Positions 10,409 through 19,686 are shown, counted from the stretch's first letter. The stretch: 64,000 nucleotides of DNA from an uncultured Acidobacteriota bacterium (GCA_963713825.1 CAVQNG010000025.1:224001-288000); one strand, 5' to 3'. The notes: generated from the letters alone by a model not told the origin. Numbers and translations: made by a program.

Positions 10409-11328
10409 GTCACGAGATGAAGATCGGAGTCGTACTACTCGCCGTTCTGGTGGGATCGGTCGGCCTTCAGGGAGCCGGCGCGCAAACCGAATTGCAGGAG
10501 CTTCAGCTCGCACCAAGGGATCTCTCACAGCTTTCCGACCAGGAGATCGAGACCATCCTTCTCGAAGGGCGGGTTGTCGAGAGGGAGAATCTCGACGTCG
10601 GGGTGACCTTGCCGGAGCGTCTTTGGCTCGAGTACGAAGGCTACCGGATCAGCGCTGCTTTCAAGCATCTCGATTTCGAGCGCAAAGGGCTGACCCACTT
10701 CGAGAAGGCACCGCCCCAGCTCAACTTCAAGGACAGCTTTCGATACGAGCGGGCGGCGTACCTGTTGGACCGCCTTCTTGGTCTGCAGATGGTCCCGGTA
10801 ACGGTACTGCGGAACGTAAAGGCTCATAAAGGAGCCGTCGTGGCCTGGGTCGAGGACGCCATTACCGAGCAGGAGCGATTGCGTCTCAAGCTGGCGCCCG
10901 AGGACACCCGGCTTCTCATTCGGCAACGAGCGGCGATGCGGTTGTTCGACGCCCTGGTCTACAACATCGACAACAACCTCGGCAATCAGCTGTGGACGCG
11001 GCCGGATTGGCGCCTCCATCTAATCGACCATTCGCGCTCCTTTCGCCAACAGAGCAAGCTTCCCGAGAGCTTCGCGAACCGCCCGGTGAGCCTTGGCCCA
11101 GAGCTCTACGATGTCCTCAGGTCTCTCGAGGGGCCTCAGATCGAGGCGGCTCTCGGTGAGGTTCTGAGTCCGGGAGAGATCAAGACGCTGGTGGCGCGCC
11201 TCGAGCTGATTCTGGAGAAGATCGCGCACGATCGCCGAGACTATGGCGATCCGTTCGTGTTTCTGGGCAAAGGAGGAGCCTGGTGGGTGGCTTCCCGACC
11301 TATTCCGACCCGACTTGGTCTATATTGA
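10405..11328 (+). CDS. Exported atypical kinase-fold protein (FAM20/PI3-PI4K-like), paralogue A
   Basis: ATGA overlap with the upstream kinase stop. Signal peptide KIGVVLLAVLVGSVGLQGAGA. Motifs AAFK, YERAAYLLDRLLGLQMVP, FDALVYNIDNNLGN and LIDHSRSF. Confidence 0.7.
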   Translation: MSHEMKIGVVLLAVLVGSVGLQGAGAQTELQELQLAPRDLSQLSDQEIETILLEGRVVERENLDVGVTLPERLWLEYEGYRISAAFKHLDFERKGLTHFEKAPPQLNFKDSFRYERAAYLLDRLLGLQMVPVTVLRNVKAHKGAVVAWVEDAITEQERLRLKLAPEDTRLLIRQRAAMRLFDALVYNIDNNLGNQLWTRPDWRLHLIDHSRSFRQQSKLPESFANRPVSLGPELYDVLRSLEGPQIEAALGEVLSPGEIKTLVARLELILEKIAHDRRDYGDPFVFLGKGGAWWVASRPIPTRLGLY

Positions 11329-11349
11329 GCAGACCATAGGAGGGTTTCG

Positions 11350-14226
11350 GTGACCGGGGAGGTACCCGCGGGGCGGGGCGGAGGGGCTGCAGAAGCCGGA
11401 TGGAGGCGATTTCTCAGGCGCCTGGGTGTGGATTTGCGCCCGGGTGAAGGCTCTCCCGCCGCTCTCCTCTTCGCATCACTATTCCTCCTGCTGACCTTCC
11501 AGATTGCCACCAAGACGATCCGGCAATCGACGTTTATCGATGCTCTGGGCGCCGCCCGGCTGCCGCTGGTCTACCTACTGGTAGCGCTCGTCTCCTATCC
11601 GGTCCTACGTCTCTACAATCGATTCGTCGATCGCTATCGCATCGACCAGCTGTTCGTCGCCTCCTGCCTTGGAATTGCCGGTGGCCTGGTCGTCTTCTGG
11701 GTCCTGATGCGCTACTCCTGGACCTGGGTGCCGGTCGTCTTCTACGTCGGATCCTCGATCGTCTACGGCATGCTGGCAAGTCAGTTCTGGCTGCTCGCCA
11801 CCCACCTCTTCGATCCGCGCCAGGCCAAGCGGCTTTTCGGTTTCATTGGTGCCGGTGCCTTGCTGGGTGGCGTTCTCGGTGGGCAGGTGGCACGCCTGGC
11901 TGGAAAGCTGGTGGGGACGAGCTCGGTTCTGCTGGTGGCTGCAGTCCTGCTGGTGGCCGTGGCGCTGCTCATGATGCGGGCGCGCTCTTCGGAGTCCATC
12001 GAGCTCAAGGCAGAGGAGTCCAAGTCATCCCGAGGCAAGTTCGAAAAGGCCAAGGGGGGATTCGAGGTCCTGAGACAGTCCCGCCCACTGCAGACAATTG
12101 CCGCGGTGGTGATCCTGACGATCATGGTGGCGCAAGTCGTAGACCTCCAGTTCAATTGGGCTGTGGAGCAAAGCACCACCACCTTGGACCAGAGGACCGC
12201 CTTCTACGGCAACTTCTTCAGCGTCATGGGCATCGCCGCCTTCGTGTTCCAGTTAGCTTTCACCTCCCGGATCCACCGTCGGTTGGGCATCTCCTTCGCG
12301 CTACGGGTCCTGCCGGTAACGATGGCCATCGGCACCGTGGCTCTCTTTGTGGCGGCTGGCTTCGTCCCGGAGATGTTGGTGGCGGCGGCACTCATCCTGA
12401 AAGTGGGTGAGAGCGGCCTGCGGTACTCCCTGGACCAGTCGACACGAGAGCTCCTCTTTCTGCCCGTGCCATCAAGGCTGCGGGTCAAGGCCAAGGCCTT
12501 TATCGACGTCTTCATTCAACGGGGAGCGAAGGGGCTCTCGGCGCTCCTCTTGCTGCCGGTGACATTCGGGCTGTTCACCCCAGTCCAGGCCGGTTGGATA
12601 TCTCTCGTTCTCATCGCCATCTGGTTCGGTGTGACGGCGATTGCCTCGCGTGAGTACGTGCGGGCGTTCCGAGTCGGCCTCAAGAAGCGGACGGTAGACG
12701 CTTCCGTCGCGGTGGACCTGTCGGATGTGACTACCCTGGAGCTCTTATTGGAATCCCTTGGCAGCTCCGACAGGAGGCAGGTCCTTCACTGTCTGGACAT
12801 TCTGGTGGCCAATGGGCGCGGTGACCTGGTACCGCCACTGTTGCTGTACCACGACGAGCCCGAGGTGCGATTGCGGACGCTGGGCATCCTGGCCGAGCTC
12901 GGGCGCGTCGATGTCGCTCCTTTGATCGAGAGGCGATTGGGAGACACCGACCCCGAGGTGCGCGCCGAAGCCATCAGGGTGCTGGCGAGCCTCCAGGGCA
13001 AGGACGTCTGCGAGTTGATGCTCCCGAAACTGGAGGAGGGAGACCCGGGAGTGCGCGCCGCAGCCGTCGCCTGCCTGGCGAACTATGGCGACGAGTCGAT
13101 GACCGCAGATGCCACACGTGTGCTGCGAGGTCTCCTGGCGGAAGCCGACCCCAGACTGCGCATCGAGGCGGTCAAAGCCATCGGCGCTGTGCACGAGCCG
13201 CTCTTCCAGGAGCGCTTGATCCACTCGCTCTACGATCCCGACGTGGGGGTCGTAAAGGAGGCTGTCGCAGCGACACGCAGGCGAGTCGCCAGGGACGGCT
13301 TCAACCCACTCTACGTTTCAACTCTGATCGCGCTGCTGCAGAATCGTCGGGTCAGACACGAGACTCGGGAAGCGCTGGTGGCCTTTGGTGAGGCGACAAT
13401 TCCGATCCTGGTCCACTTCATGAATGATCCCGATGAGCCTTTGTGGGTGAAGCGGGCCTTGCCCAAGGCCCTCGCACAGATCGGCACTCTGGCCGCGGCC
13501 CAGGCGCTGCTGGACGGGTTGAAGCATGGTAGCGACAGCTTTCTGAGGCGAAAGCAGGTCGAAGCCCTCAACTGGATGCTCGATCACGGCCATCGCCATG
13601 CGCTGGATCGGTCCGCGGTACGACAGCAGATCACCGAAGAGGCAAGGCGATTCTTGCGCCGCCTGGCAGCGCTGCGAGGCTTGGGGTTGCAATCGAAGGG
13701 GGATCTGTCCGGTGCGGTCATCGTATGGAGTGAGGAGCGGGTCCCGACGCTTCTGGATCGATTGCTGGCCGAACGAGCGGCCAGCAATGTCAAGAACCTG
13801 TTCGGTCTCCTGGCGCTGTTGTATCCGCCGGAGCACATCTGGGCTGCCCATCGGAGTCTCACGAGTGGCGACCGACTTCACAGGTCTCGCGCACTGGAGT
13901 TCTTGGACAATACCCTGGATGGTGAGCTTAGCCGCGCGGTCTTTGCCGTCATCGACGATTGTCCCCTGAGTGAGAAGCTGACACGGGCCGCCAAGCTGTA
14001 CGACATACGGGTCCGATCCAGGGTCGAGACGCTGCGGAGCCTACTCGAGGCCTATCTGGGAGGCGAGCCCGACTCGGGTGGAATCGCGGCCGCCGCGCTC
14101 TATGAGATTCGAGTCGAGAGCATCTCCGGCCTGGAGGCCGAGATCGAGCGACTCGTAGCCGGTGCCGAGGACCCGTTTGTCGGAGAGACGGCCACATGGG
14201 TGGCCGAGCGGGTCGCTCGAGTCTAG
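11350..14226 (+). CDS. NTT/TLC (Npt1/Npt2-like) nucleotide transporter fused to HEAT repeats, paralogue 1
   Basis: Multi-TM N-terminal half with KTIRQS, SQFW...QAKRLFGFIGAG and RYSLDQSTRELLFLPVP...KAKAFIDV motifs. C-terminal HEAT repeats (DPEVRAEAIRVL). AGGAGG RBS before GTG. Confidence 0.85.
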   Translation: MTGEVPAGRGGGAAEAGWRRFLRRLGVDLRPGEGSPAALLFASLFLLLTFQIATKTIRQSTFIDALGAARLPLVYLLVALVSYPVLRLYNRFVDRYRIDQLFVASCLGIAGGLVVFWVLMRYSWTWVPVVFYVGSSIVYGMLASQFWLLATHLFDPRQAKRLFGFIGAGALLGGVLGGQVARLAGKLVGTSSVLLVAAVLLVAVALLMMRARSSESIELKAEESKSSRGKFEKAKGGFEVLRQSRPLQTIAAVVILTIMVAQVVDLQFNWAVEQSTTTLDQRTAFYGNFFSVMGIAAFVFQLAFTSRIHRRLGISFALRVLPVTMAIGTVALFVAAGFVPEMLVAAALILKVGESGLRYSLDQSTRELLFLPVPSRLRVKAKAFIDVFIQRGAKGLSALLLLPVTFGLFTPVQAGWISLVLIAIWFGVTAIASREYVRAFRVGLKKRTVDASVAVDLSDVTTLELLLESLGSSDRRQVLHCLDILVANGRGDLVPPLLLYHDEPEVRLRTLGILAELGRVDVAPLIERRLGDTDPEVRAEAIRVLASLQGKDVCELMLPKLEEGDPGVRAAAVACLANYGDESMTADATRVLRGLLAEADPRLRIEAVKAIGAVHEPLFQERLIHSLYDPDVGVVKEAVAATRRRVARDGFNPLYVSTLIALLQNRRVRHETREALVAFGEATIPILVHFMNDPDEPLWVKRALPKALAQIGTLAAAQALLDGLKHGSDSFLRRKQVEALNWMLDHGHRHALDRSAVRQQITEEARRFLRRLAALRGLGLQSKGDLSGAVIVWSEERVPTLLDRLLAERAASNVKNLFGLLALLYPPEHIWAAHRSLTSGDRLHRSRALEFLDNTLDGELSRAVFAVIDDCPLSEKLTRAAKLYDIRVRSRVETLRSLLEAYLGGEPDSGGIAAAALYEIRVESISGLEAEIERLVAGAEDPFVGETATWVAERVARV

Positions 14227-14245
14227 ATTCGAGCCAGGGATGACC

Positions 14246-14251
14246 TATAAT
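14246..14251 (+). promoter_or_regulatory. Possible internal sigma70 -10 element upstream of the second NTT gene
   Basis: Perfect TATAAT in the 54-bp gap between the two transporter genes. No clear -35. Confidence 0.35.
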
Positions 14252-14280
14252 CCTAGGGCCATTCTGCGCAGGAGGAACGG

Positions 14281-17160
14281 ATGAGTCCAGACGTGCCTGG
14301 AACAGCTGAGGCTACACAAGAGACGTCTCTCTGGCGACGTCTGACCAGCCGTCTGGGGATCGACATGCGGCAGGGCGAAGGTTGGCCCGCTGTCCTGCTT
14401 TTCATCACCTTCTTTCTCTTCATCACCTTTCAATACGCCACCAAGAGCGTTCGGCAGTCGTCCTATATCAAGGGGTTGGGGGCGGCCAACTTGCCCTGGG
14501 TCTATCTGGCGGTGGCGATCTGCTCGTATCCGTTGCTTCGACTGTACGGGCGGTTTGCTGATCGGATCAAGCGCCACCATTTGATGGCGGCCACTTGCAC
14601 CATCATTGCCCTCAGCATGGTGGTCTTTTGGTGGCTGTTCCAGTTCAACTGGGCATGGATTCCATTTGCTCTCTACGTCTGGATCTCGATCGCCTATGTC
14701 ATGAACGTCAGCCAGTTCTGGTCGTTCTCGAACCATGTCTTCGATCCCCGTCAGGCCAAGCGCCTGTTCGGCTTCATCGGAGCTGGGGGACTGCTGGGCG
14801 GCATTGCGGGCGGTCAGGTGGCCCGCCTGGTCAGCTATCTGGTCGACACCCGGACCACGTTTCTGGTGGCGGCCGTCATTCTCATGCTGGCTGTTGCGAT
14901 CATCTTCCTGATTCAGAAGCGAAGCCCTGCAGAATCGGATGCGGTGGCTGGCGCTGCGGGCCTGGCCAAGCTCGACAAGGCCAAAGGCGGCTTCGAGATC
15001 ATCAAGGGCTCGCGTCAACTGCAGGTCATCGCGGCAATCATGGTGCTGAGTGTCGTGGTAGCTCAGATCGTGGATTTGCAGTTCAACTGGGCAGTCGAGA
15101 GTGCAACGACCGACCTGGAGAACGCCACGCGGTTCTTCGGCAACTTCTACAGCATCATGGGGATCGCAGCCTTTCTGTTCCAGCTGGCCTTTACGGCTCG
15201 CATTCACCGGGTCCTGGGTGTCGGGGTAGCGATGAGGATTCTGCCAGTCACCTTGGCTTTCGGCACGGCGGCGCTTTTCGTTTCGGCAGGGTTCTTCCCG
15301 GCGCTCCTTCTGGTGACGGCTCTGTTCCTGAAGGTCGGTGAGAACGGAGTGCGCTATTCGCTCGAGCAGGCGACCCGCGAGCTTCTGTTCCTGCCTGTGC
15401 CCTCGCAAGCCCGCGTCAAGGCGAAGGCCTTTATCGACGTCTTCGTGCAACGCGGCGCCAAAGGCATGGCGGCCCTCCTCCTTCTTCCTGTGACATTCGG
15501 CTTGATCACCGCAGTTCAGGCTGGCTGGATCTCATTGGTTCTCATCGCGCTCTGGTTGGGCGTAACCTTCATTGCCTACAAGGAGTACGTGCACTCGTTT
15601 CGGCGCGTTCTCAAGACGCGAAGTGTCGATGCGGAGATTCCTATCGACATCACCGACGTCACGACCCTGGAGATGCTCGTGCAGGCTCTGGGGAGCTCGG
15701 ATGCTCGCCAGGTGATGCAGAGCCTCGACATCCTGGCCTCCAACGGTCGAGAGAACCTCGTCTCTCCGCTGCTGCTCTACCATGATGATGCCGAGGTGAG
15801 GCAGCACACCCTCGAAATCCTGGCCAAGTCGGGGCGAGTCGATGCCTTGCCCCTGATCGAGGGGCGCTTGGCGGATCAGAACCCGGAAGTCAGGGCCGCG
15901 GCGATCGAGACGATGGCCAAGCTGCATGGCGAAGATGCGTGCGAGCTGATGCTGCCACGGCTCAGAGAGAGTGACGCTGGGGTGCGGGCTGCGGCAGTGG
16001 CCTGCCTGGCCAACTATGGAACAGAGTCGATGCTGGGCGAGGCCACACGCTCGCTGGGTGATCTCTTGTCCGATGCCGATCCCGAGATCCGAGCCGAGGC
16101 AGCGAAGGCCCTCGGAGCCATTCACGAGCCCCGATTTCAGGAGCTTCTCATTCGCTTGCTCTACGATCGAGAGCCGCTGATCGCTCGCGAAGCGATCTCG
16201 GCCATCCGTCGCAGGGTGGCGCGAGACGGCTACAACCCGATCTACGTGCCGACCCTGGTGTCGCTGTTGAACAGCCGTCGGGTCAAGCACGACGCGAGGG
16301 AGGCTCTCGTTGCTTTCGGCGAGCCGGCGATTCCGGCTCTGGCCCACTTCATGGGGGATGGCGATGAGCAGTTGTGGGTGCGACGGGCTCTGCCGATGAC
16401 CATCGCCAAGATCGGCACGCTGGCCGCCGCCGAGAAGCTCCTGGATCAGCTGACCCAATCGGCAGATTCCTTTCAGCGCCGCAAATTGATCGAGTCGGTC
16501 GGAGCCCTACCTGATGACATTCGGCATACGGCCGACTCGAAGACCATCGATCAGCAGATTCACTTCGAGGCCGGGCGCTATCTTCAGGCTCTCGCCGATC
16601 TGCGAGCCCTAGGGGCAATCGAGAAGAGCAGGCTCGAGGGTGGCTGTGTCACCTGGCGTGAGGATGCTCAGGAGCCCAACCTGGTAGAGCGGCTTCTCGG
16701 GGAGCGCGCCGAAGAGCACCTGCGCAACATCTTCGGCCTGATGGCGGCTCTCCTTCCACCCCGCGACGTCTGGGCTGCCCATCGCAGCTTGACGGGTGGC
16801 GCCTCCGGTTTGCGAAGCCACGCACTGGAGTACCTGGACAACACGCTGTCGGGCGACTTGCGGCGAAGCGTGTTCGCGGTCATCGATGATCAACCTCTCG
16901 ACGAGAAGCTCAGCGCCGCTGCGAAGCACTTTGGCGTGACGAGCACGACAAAGGTCGCGGTATTGGACAGGATGCTGGTCGAACCAGAGGATGGAGACTC
17001 CGAGGAGTACCATCTCACGCTGGCGGCTCTCTATGCCGTGCACGAAGGAAGAATCGCCGAGCTATACGATCGAGTTCGGTCGCTGGTGCAGAACGCCACG
17101 GACCCGTTCGTCGGTGAAACGGCCCGTTGGGTCGCGGTGCGAGAGGGAATCTCCACGTAG
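14281..17160 (+). CDS. NTT/TLC (Npt1/Npt2-like) nucleotide transporter fused to HEAT repeats, paralogue 2
   Basis: Colinear with paralogue 1 (KSVRQS, SQFW...QAKRLFGFIGAG, RYSLEQATRELLFLPVP...KAKAFIDVFVQRG), with HEAT repeats. AGGAGG RBS. Confidence 0.85.
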   Translation: MSPDVPGTAEATQETSLWRRLTSRLGIDMRQGEGWPAVLLFITFFLFITFQYATKSVRQSSYIKGLGAANLPWVYLAVAICSYPLLRLYGRFADRIKRHHLMAATCTIIALSMVVFWWLFQFNWAWIPFALYVWISIAYVMNVSQFWSFSNHVFDPRQAKRLFGFIGAGGLLGGIAGGQVARLVSYLVDTRTTFLVAAVILMLAVAIIFLIQKRSPAESDAVAGAAGLAKLDKAKGGFEIIKGSRQLQVIAAIMVLSVVVAQIVDLQFNWAVESATTDLENATRFFGNFYSIMGIAAFLFQLAFTARIHRVLGVGVAMRILPVTLAFGTAALFVSAGFFPALLLVTALFLKVGENGVRYSLEQATRELLFLPVPSQARVKAKAFIDVFVQRGAKGMAALLLLPVTFGLITAVQAGWISLVLIALWLGVTFIAYKEYVHSFRRVLKTRSVDAEIPIDITDVTTLEMLVQALGSSDARQVMQSLDILASNGRENLVSPLLLYHDDAEVRQHTLEILAKSGRVDALPLIEGRLADQNPEVRAAAIETMAKLHGEDACELMLPRLRESDAGVRAAAVACLANYGTESMLGEATRSLGDLLSDADPEIRAEAAKALGAIHEPRFQELLIRLLYDREPLIAREAISAIRRRVARDGYNPIYVPTLVSLLNSRRVKHDAREALVAFGEPAIPALAHFMGDGDEQLWVRRALPMTIAKIGTLAAAEKLLDQLTQSADSFQRRKLIESVGALPDDIRHTADSKTIDQQIHFEAGRYLQALADLRALGAIEKSRLEGGCVTWREDAQEPNLVERLLGERAEEHLRNIFGLMAALLPPRDVWAAHRSLTGGASGLRSHALEYLDNTLSGDLRRSVFAVIDDQPLDEKLSAAAKHFGVTSTTKVAVLDRMLVEPEDGDSEEYHLTLAALYAVHEGRIAELYDRVRSLVQNATDPFVGETARWVAVREGIST

Positions 17161-17181
17161 AAAGTTGGAGGAGGGAAACCT

Positions 17182-17595
17182 GTGTCTGAGTTAGCCAGGA
17201 TCGAAACGGTCGTCTTCCTGCAGAGCGTCGACGTCTTTTCCTATTGCAAGGCGGAGGAAGTGCTCAGGATTGCCGCTATTGCTCAAGAGAGGGCGGTGGC
17301 CGCAGGCGAGAAGATCTACAGCGCGAACGAGCCAGCCGAGGCAATGTTCTGCGTGGTTCGGGGCATGGTCAAGGTCGAGCCCGGCAACGGCGAGACCAAG
17401 ACAGTCGGCCCTCTGGCGACGTTCGGGGGGGTCGACATTCTTCGCAGTCGACTGCGGACGGCGAGCGCGACAGCCGAAACCGATGTCCTGCTGTTGGCCA
17501 TCGAGAGCGACGATCTGTTCGACCTGCTGTCGAACAACATCGAGATCGTCAAGGCTCTCTTCCGTCATCTCATCGAGCGGTTTCAGTACGAGTAG
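17182..17595 (+). CDS. Stand-alone cyclic nucleotide-binding domain protein
   Basis: LQSVDVFS...GEKIYSANEPAEAMFCVVRGMVKV...FGGVDIL...RTASATA matches the CNB fold pattern. Strong RBS. Confidence 0.85.
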   Translation: MSELARIETVVFLQSVDVFSYCKAEEVLRIAAIAQERAVAAGEKIYSANEPAEAMFCVVRGMVKVEPGNGETKTVGPLATFGGVDILRSRLRTASATAETDVLLLAIESDDLFDLLSNNIEIVKALFRHLIERFQYE

Positions 17596-17617
17596 TTCGA
17601 AGTGCAAGGAGGCCTGA

Positions 17618-18556
17618 ATGTTCGTATCGAGTAGAAGAACGGGGCGAGGGTTGTGGATGTCTGGTTGCAAAGCCCTGTTGGTATTTGCTTGTCTGGCCTC
17701 TTGGAGTGGCCATGCATTGGAGGCTGCAGACGCGAAGACGCCTGACCGCGTTTTTCATGGTCCTGATGGCACGCCTCTGCCTTTCCAGACGGTCTCCGAG
17801 GTCGAAGAGTTCCTGCGCACGGCGAGGGTTATCAACGTCGAAGCGATTCCCGAGGGAGTCACCAAGCCGAAGAAGATTCTCCTGGAAGCGAGCGGTGTCC
17901 AGGCGCATGCGAAGTTCGGTTACAACGATTTCAAGGGCCAGGGGGAGAAGCTCGCCGACGGCACCACGGAGATGTACTTCCAAGACAGCTACAAGGCGGA
18001 CATAGCAGCCTTCGTCCTCAGTCGGCTGTTGGGCATGGAGATGGTACCGCCAGCGGTTACCCGACAGGTGGAGGGCCAGGACGGCATCGTTCAGATTTGG
18101 ATCGAGGGGCTGACCAGCTACGAGAGCTGGCTAGAGGACGGCAATTCCGGCCAGCCAGCCTCACTGTACTTCCAGAGACAGGTCAAGGACATGAAGACGT
18201 TCGACCTGCTGATTCGGAATATCGACCGCCATAGTCGCAACATCAACTGGGACAGCGACTGGAATCTCTGGCTCATCGACCACACGCGCAGCCTGGCGAA
18301 GGACGCCACCCTGCGCAAGCCTGATTCCTTCAAGGGCTGCTCCAGGGAGCTCTTTCGGGCGATTCGAGACCTGAACAAGAGCACAGTGGAGACGGCTCTC
18401 AAGCCCTATCTGGGTAACTTCGAGATCAAGGCCCTCCTCAAGCGACGGGACAAGCTCGTCAAGTTGGTCGAAGGCCAGATCAAGAAGCAGGGTGAAGACA
18501 CAATCCTGTTCAACTACGGCGATGCTCCTCCAGGCCTAGTTATCAGCTACGACTAG
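17618..18556 (+). CDS. Exported atypical kinase-fold protein (FAM20/PI3-PI4K-like), paralogue B
   Basis: Signal peptide-like ALLVFACLASWSGHALEA. Motifs GVTKP, DSYKADIAAFVLSRLLGMEMVPP, FDLLIRNIDRHSRN and WLIDHTRSL. Confidence 0.72.
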   Translation: MFVSSRRTGRGLWMSGCKALLVFACLASWSGHALEAADAKTPDRVFHGPDGTPLPFQTVSEVEEFLRTARVINVEAIPEGVTKPKKILLEASGVQAHAKFGYNDFKGQGEKLADGTTEMYFQDSYKADIAAFVLSRLLGMEMVPPAVTRQVEGQDGIVQIWIEGLTSYESWLEDGNSGQPASLYFQRQVKDMKTFDLLIRNIDRHSRNINWDSDWNLWLIDHTRSLAKDATLRKPDSFKGCSRELFRAIRDLNKSTVETALKPYLGNFEIKALLKRRDKLVKLVEGQIKKQGEDTILFNYGDAPPGLVISYD

Positions 18557-18666
18557 AGTGCCCGGCTGCAATCGGTCGGCAGCGAAGCCGGCGGCGTTGG
18601 ATCTTGCGCTCCGCCGGCTCGGACCACTCATGGGCTGGGTGGGCCTGAAAAACCCAGGAGAGAAGT

Positions 18667-19686
18667 TTGCGTAGTATGGGAATGGACACCTGCCAGACAG
18701 GGCTTCCCTTGGGGAAGCCGAAGGCTTCCGAGCCTCAGAGTGGTGGAGCTGGTGCCGCCAGCGCTCCCAAGTTGCTGCAGAGAAGCGTCGGCCTTGGATG
18801 TCTGATCGTTTCCCTGTTGTTGTTCGAGCCTCCGGAGGCATCCGCACAGCCGGGTCCTTCTGGAACGTTCGACACCCGAACCTGGCTGGGCCCTGATGGG
18901 AAGACTCTCCCGATTACCGCCGAGAACGAGCTCCTGCGGTTTCTCGACAGCGCTTCGGAGACCTCCGTCAAGATCCTCTCGCGAGGCATCACTGGGGCCA
19001 AGAGACTGACGCTGGAGCAGGGAGGGGTCGAGGCTCGAGTCGTCTTCCATGACATCAACCGGTCCGAGCAGAGGCCGAAACGGCTGCCGAACAAACGGAC
19101 CGTGATGTATCTGCGCGACAGCTACAAGAGTCAGATCGCCGCCTATCGACTCAGCAGGCTGCTGGGTATGAAGAACGTGCCGCCGACCGTGGTGCGGGTC
19201 TCGGGAGCGGCGACGGGCTCGGCTCAGCTTTGGATCGAAGATGCGATGACCGAGGACATCCGACTGGAAAAGGGCGTCGAGCTGCGGGACCATAACCTGC
19301 GGAATCAGAACCTGGTCGACATGCGGGTCTTCGACAACCTCATCAACAACATCGACCGTAACCAGGGCAACATGTTGGTGGATTCCTTCGGTACCCTTTG
19401 GTTGATCGACCACACCCGATCGTTCGGGCAGGACAACGGACTGCCGCTGCCCGAGATGATCACGCGGTGCTCGAATCGGATGCTGCAGGCCATTCGTTCG
19501 CTGGACGAGCGGACCTTGCGAGAGGACCTCGGGCCCTACCTCACCGGAGTCGAGATCGGGGCGCTGTGGCAGCGCCGAGAGAGGGTGTTGGAGCGCATCG
19601 AGGAGCTCATCGGCGGCAAGGGCAGGGACCAGGTTCTTTTCGACTACGGCGATCCCGATCCTGGTGTCATCATTCTGGAACAGTGA
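18667..19686 (+). CDS. Exported atypical kinase-fold protein (FAM20/PI3-PI4K-like), paralogue C (start uncertain)
   Basis: Hydrophobic leader VGLGCLIVSLLLF...ASA. Motifs GITGA, DSYKSQIAAYRLSRLLGMKNVPP, FDNLINNIDRNQGN and WLIDHTRSF. Confidence 0.72.
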   Translation: MRSMGMDTCQTGLPLGKPKASEPQSGGAGAASAPKLLQRSVGLGCLIVSLLLFEPPEASAQPGPSGTFDTRTWLGPDGKTLPITAENELLRFLDSASETSVKILSRGITGAKRLTLEQGGVEARVVFHDINRSEQRPKRLPNKRTVMYLRDSYKSQIAAYRLSRLLGMKNVPPTVVRVSGAATGSAQLWIEDAMTEDIRLEKGVELRDHNLRNQNLVDMRVFDNLINNIDRNQGNMLVDSFGTLWLIDHTRSFGQDNGLPLPEMITRCSNRMLQAIRSLDERTLREDLGPYLTGVEIGALWQRRERVLERIEELIGGKGRDQVLFDYGDPDPGVIILEQ

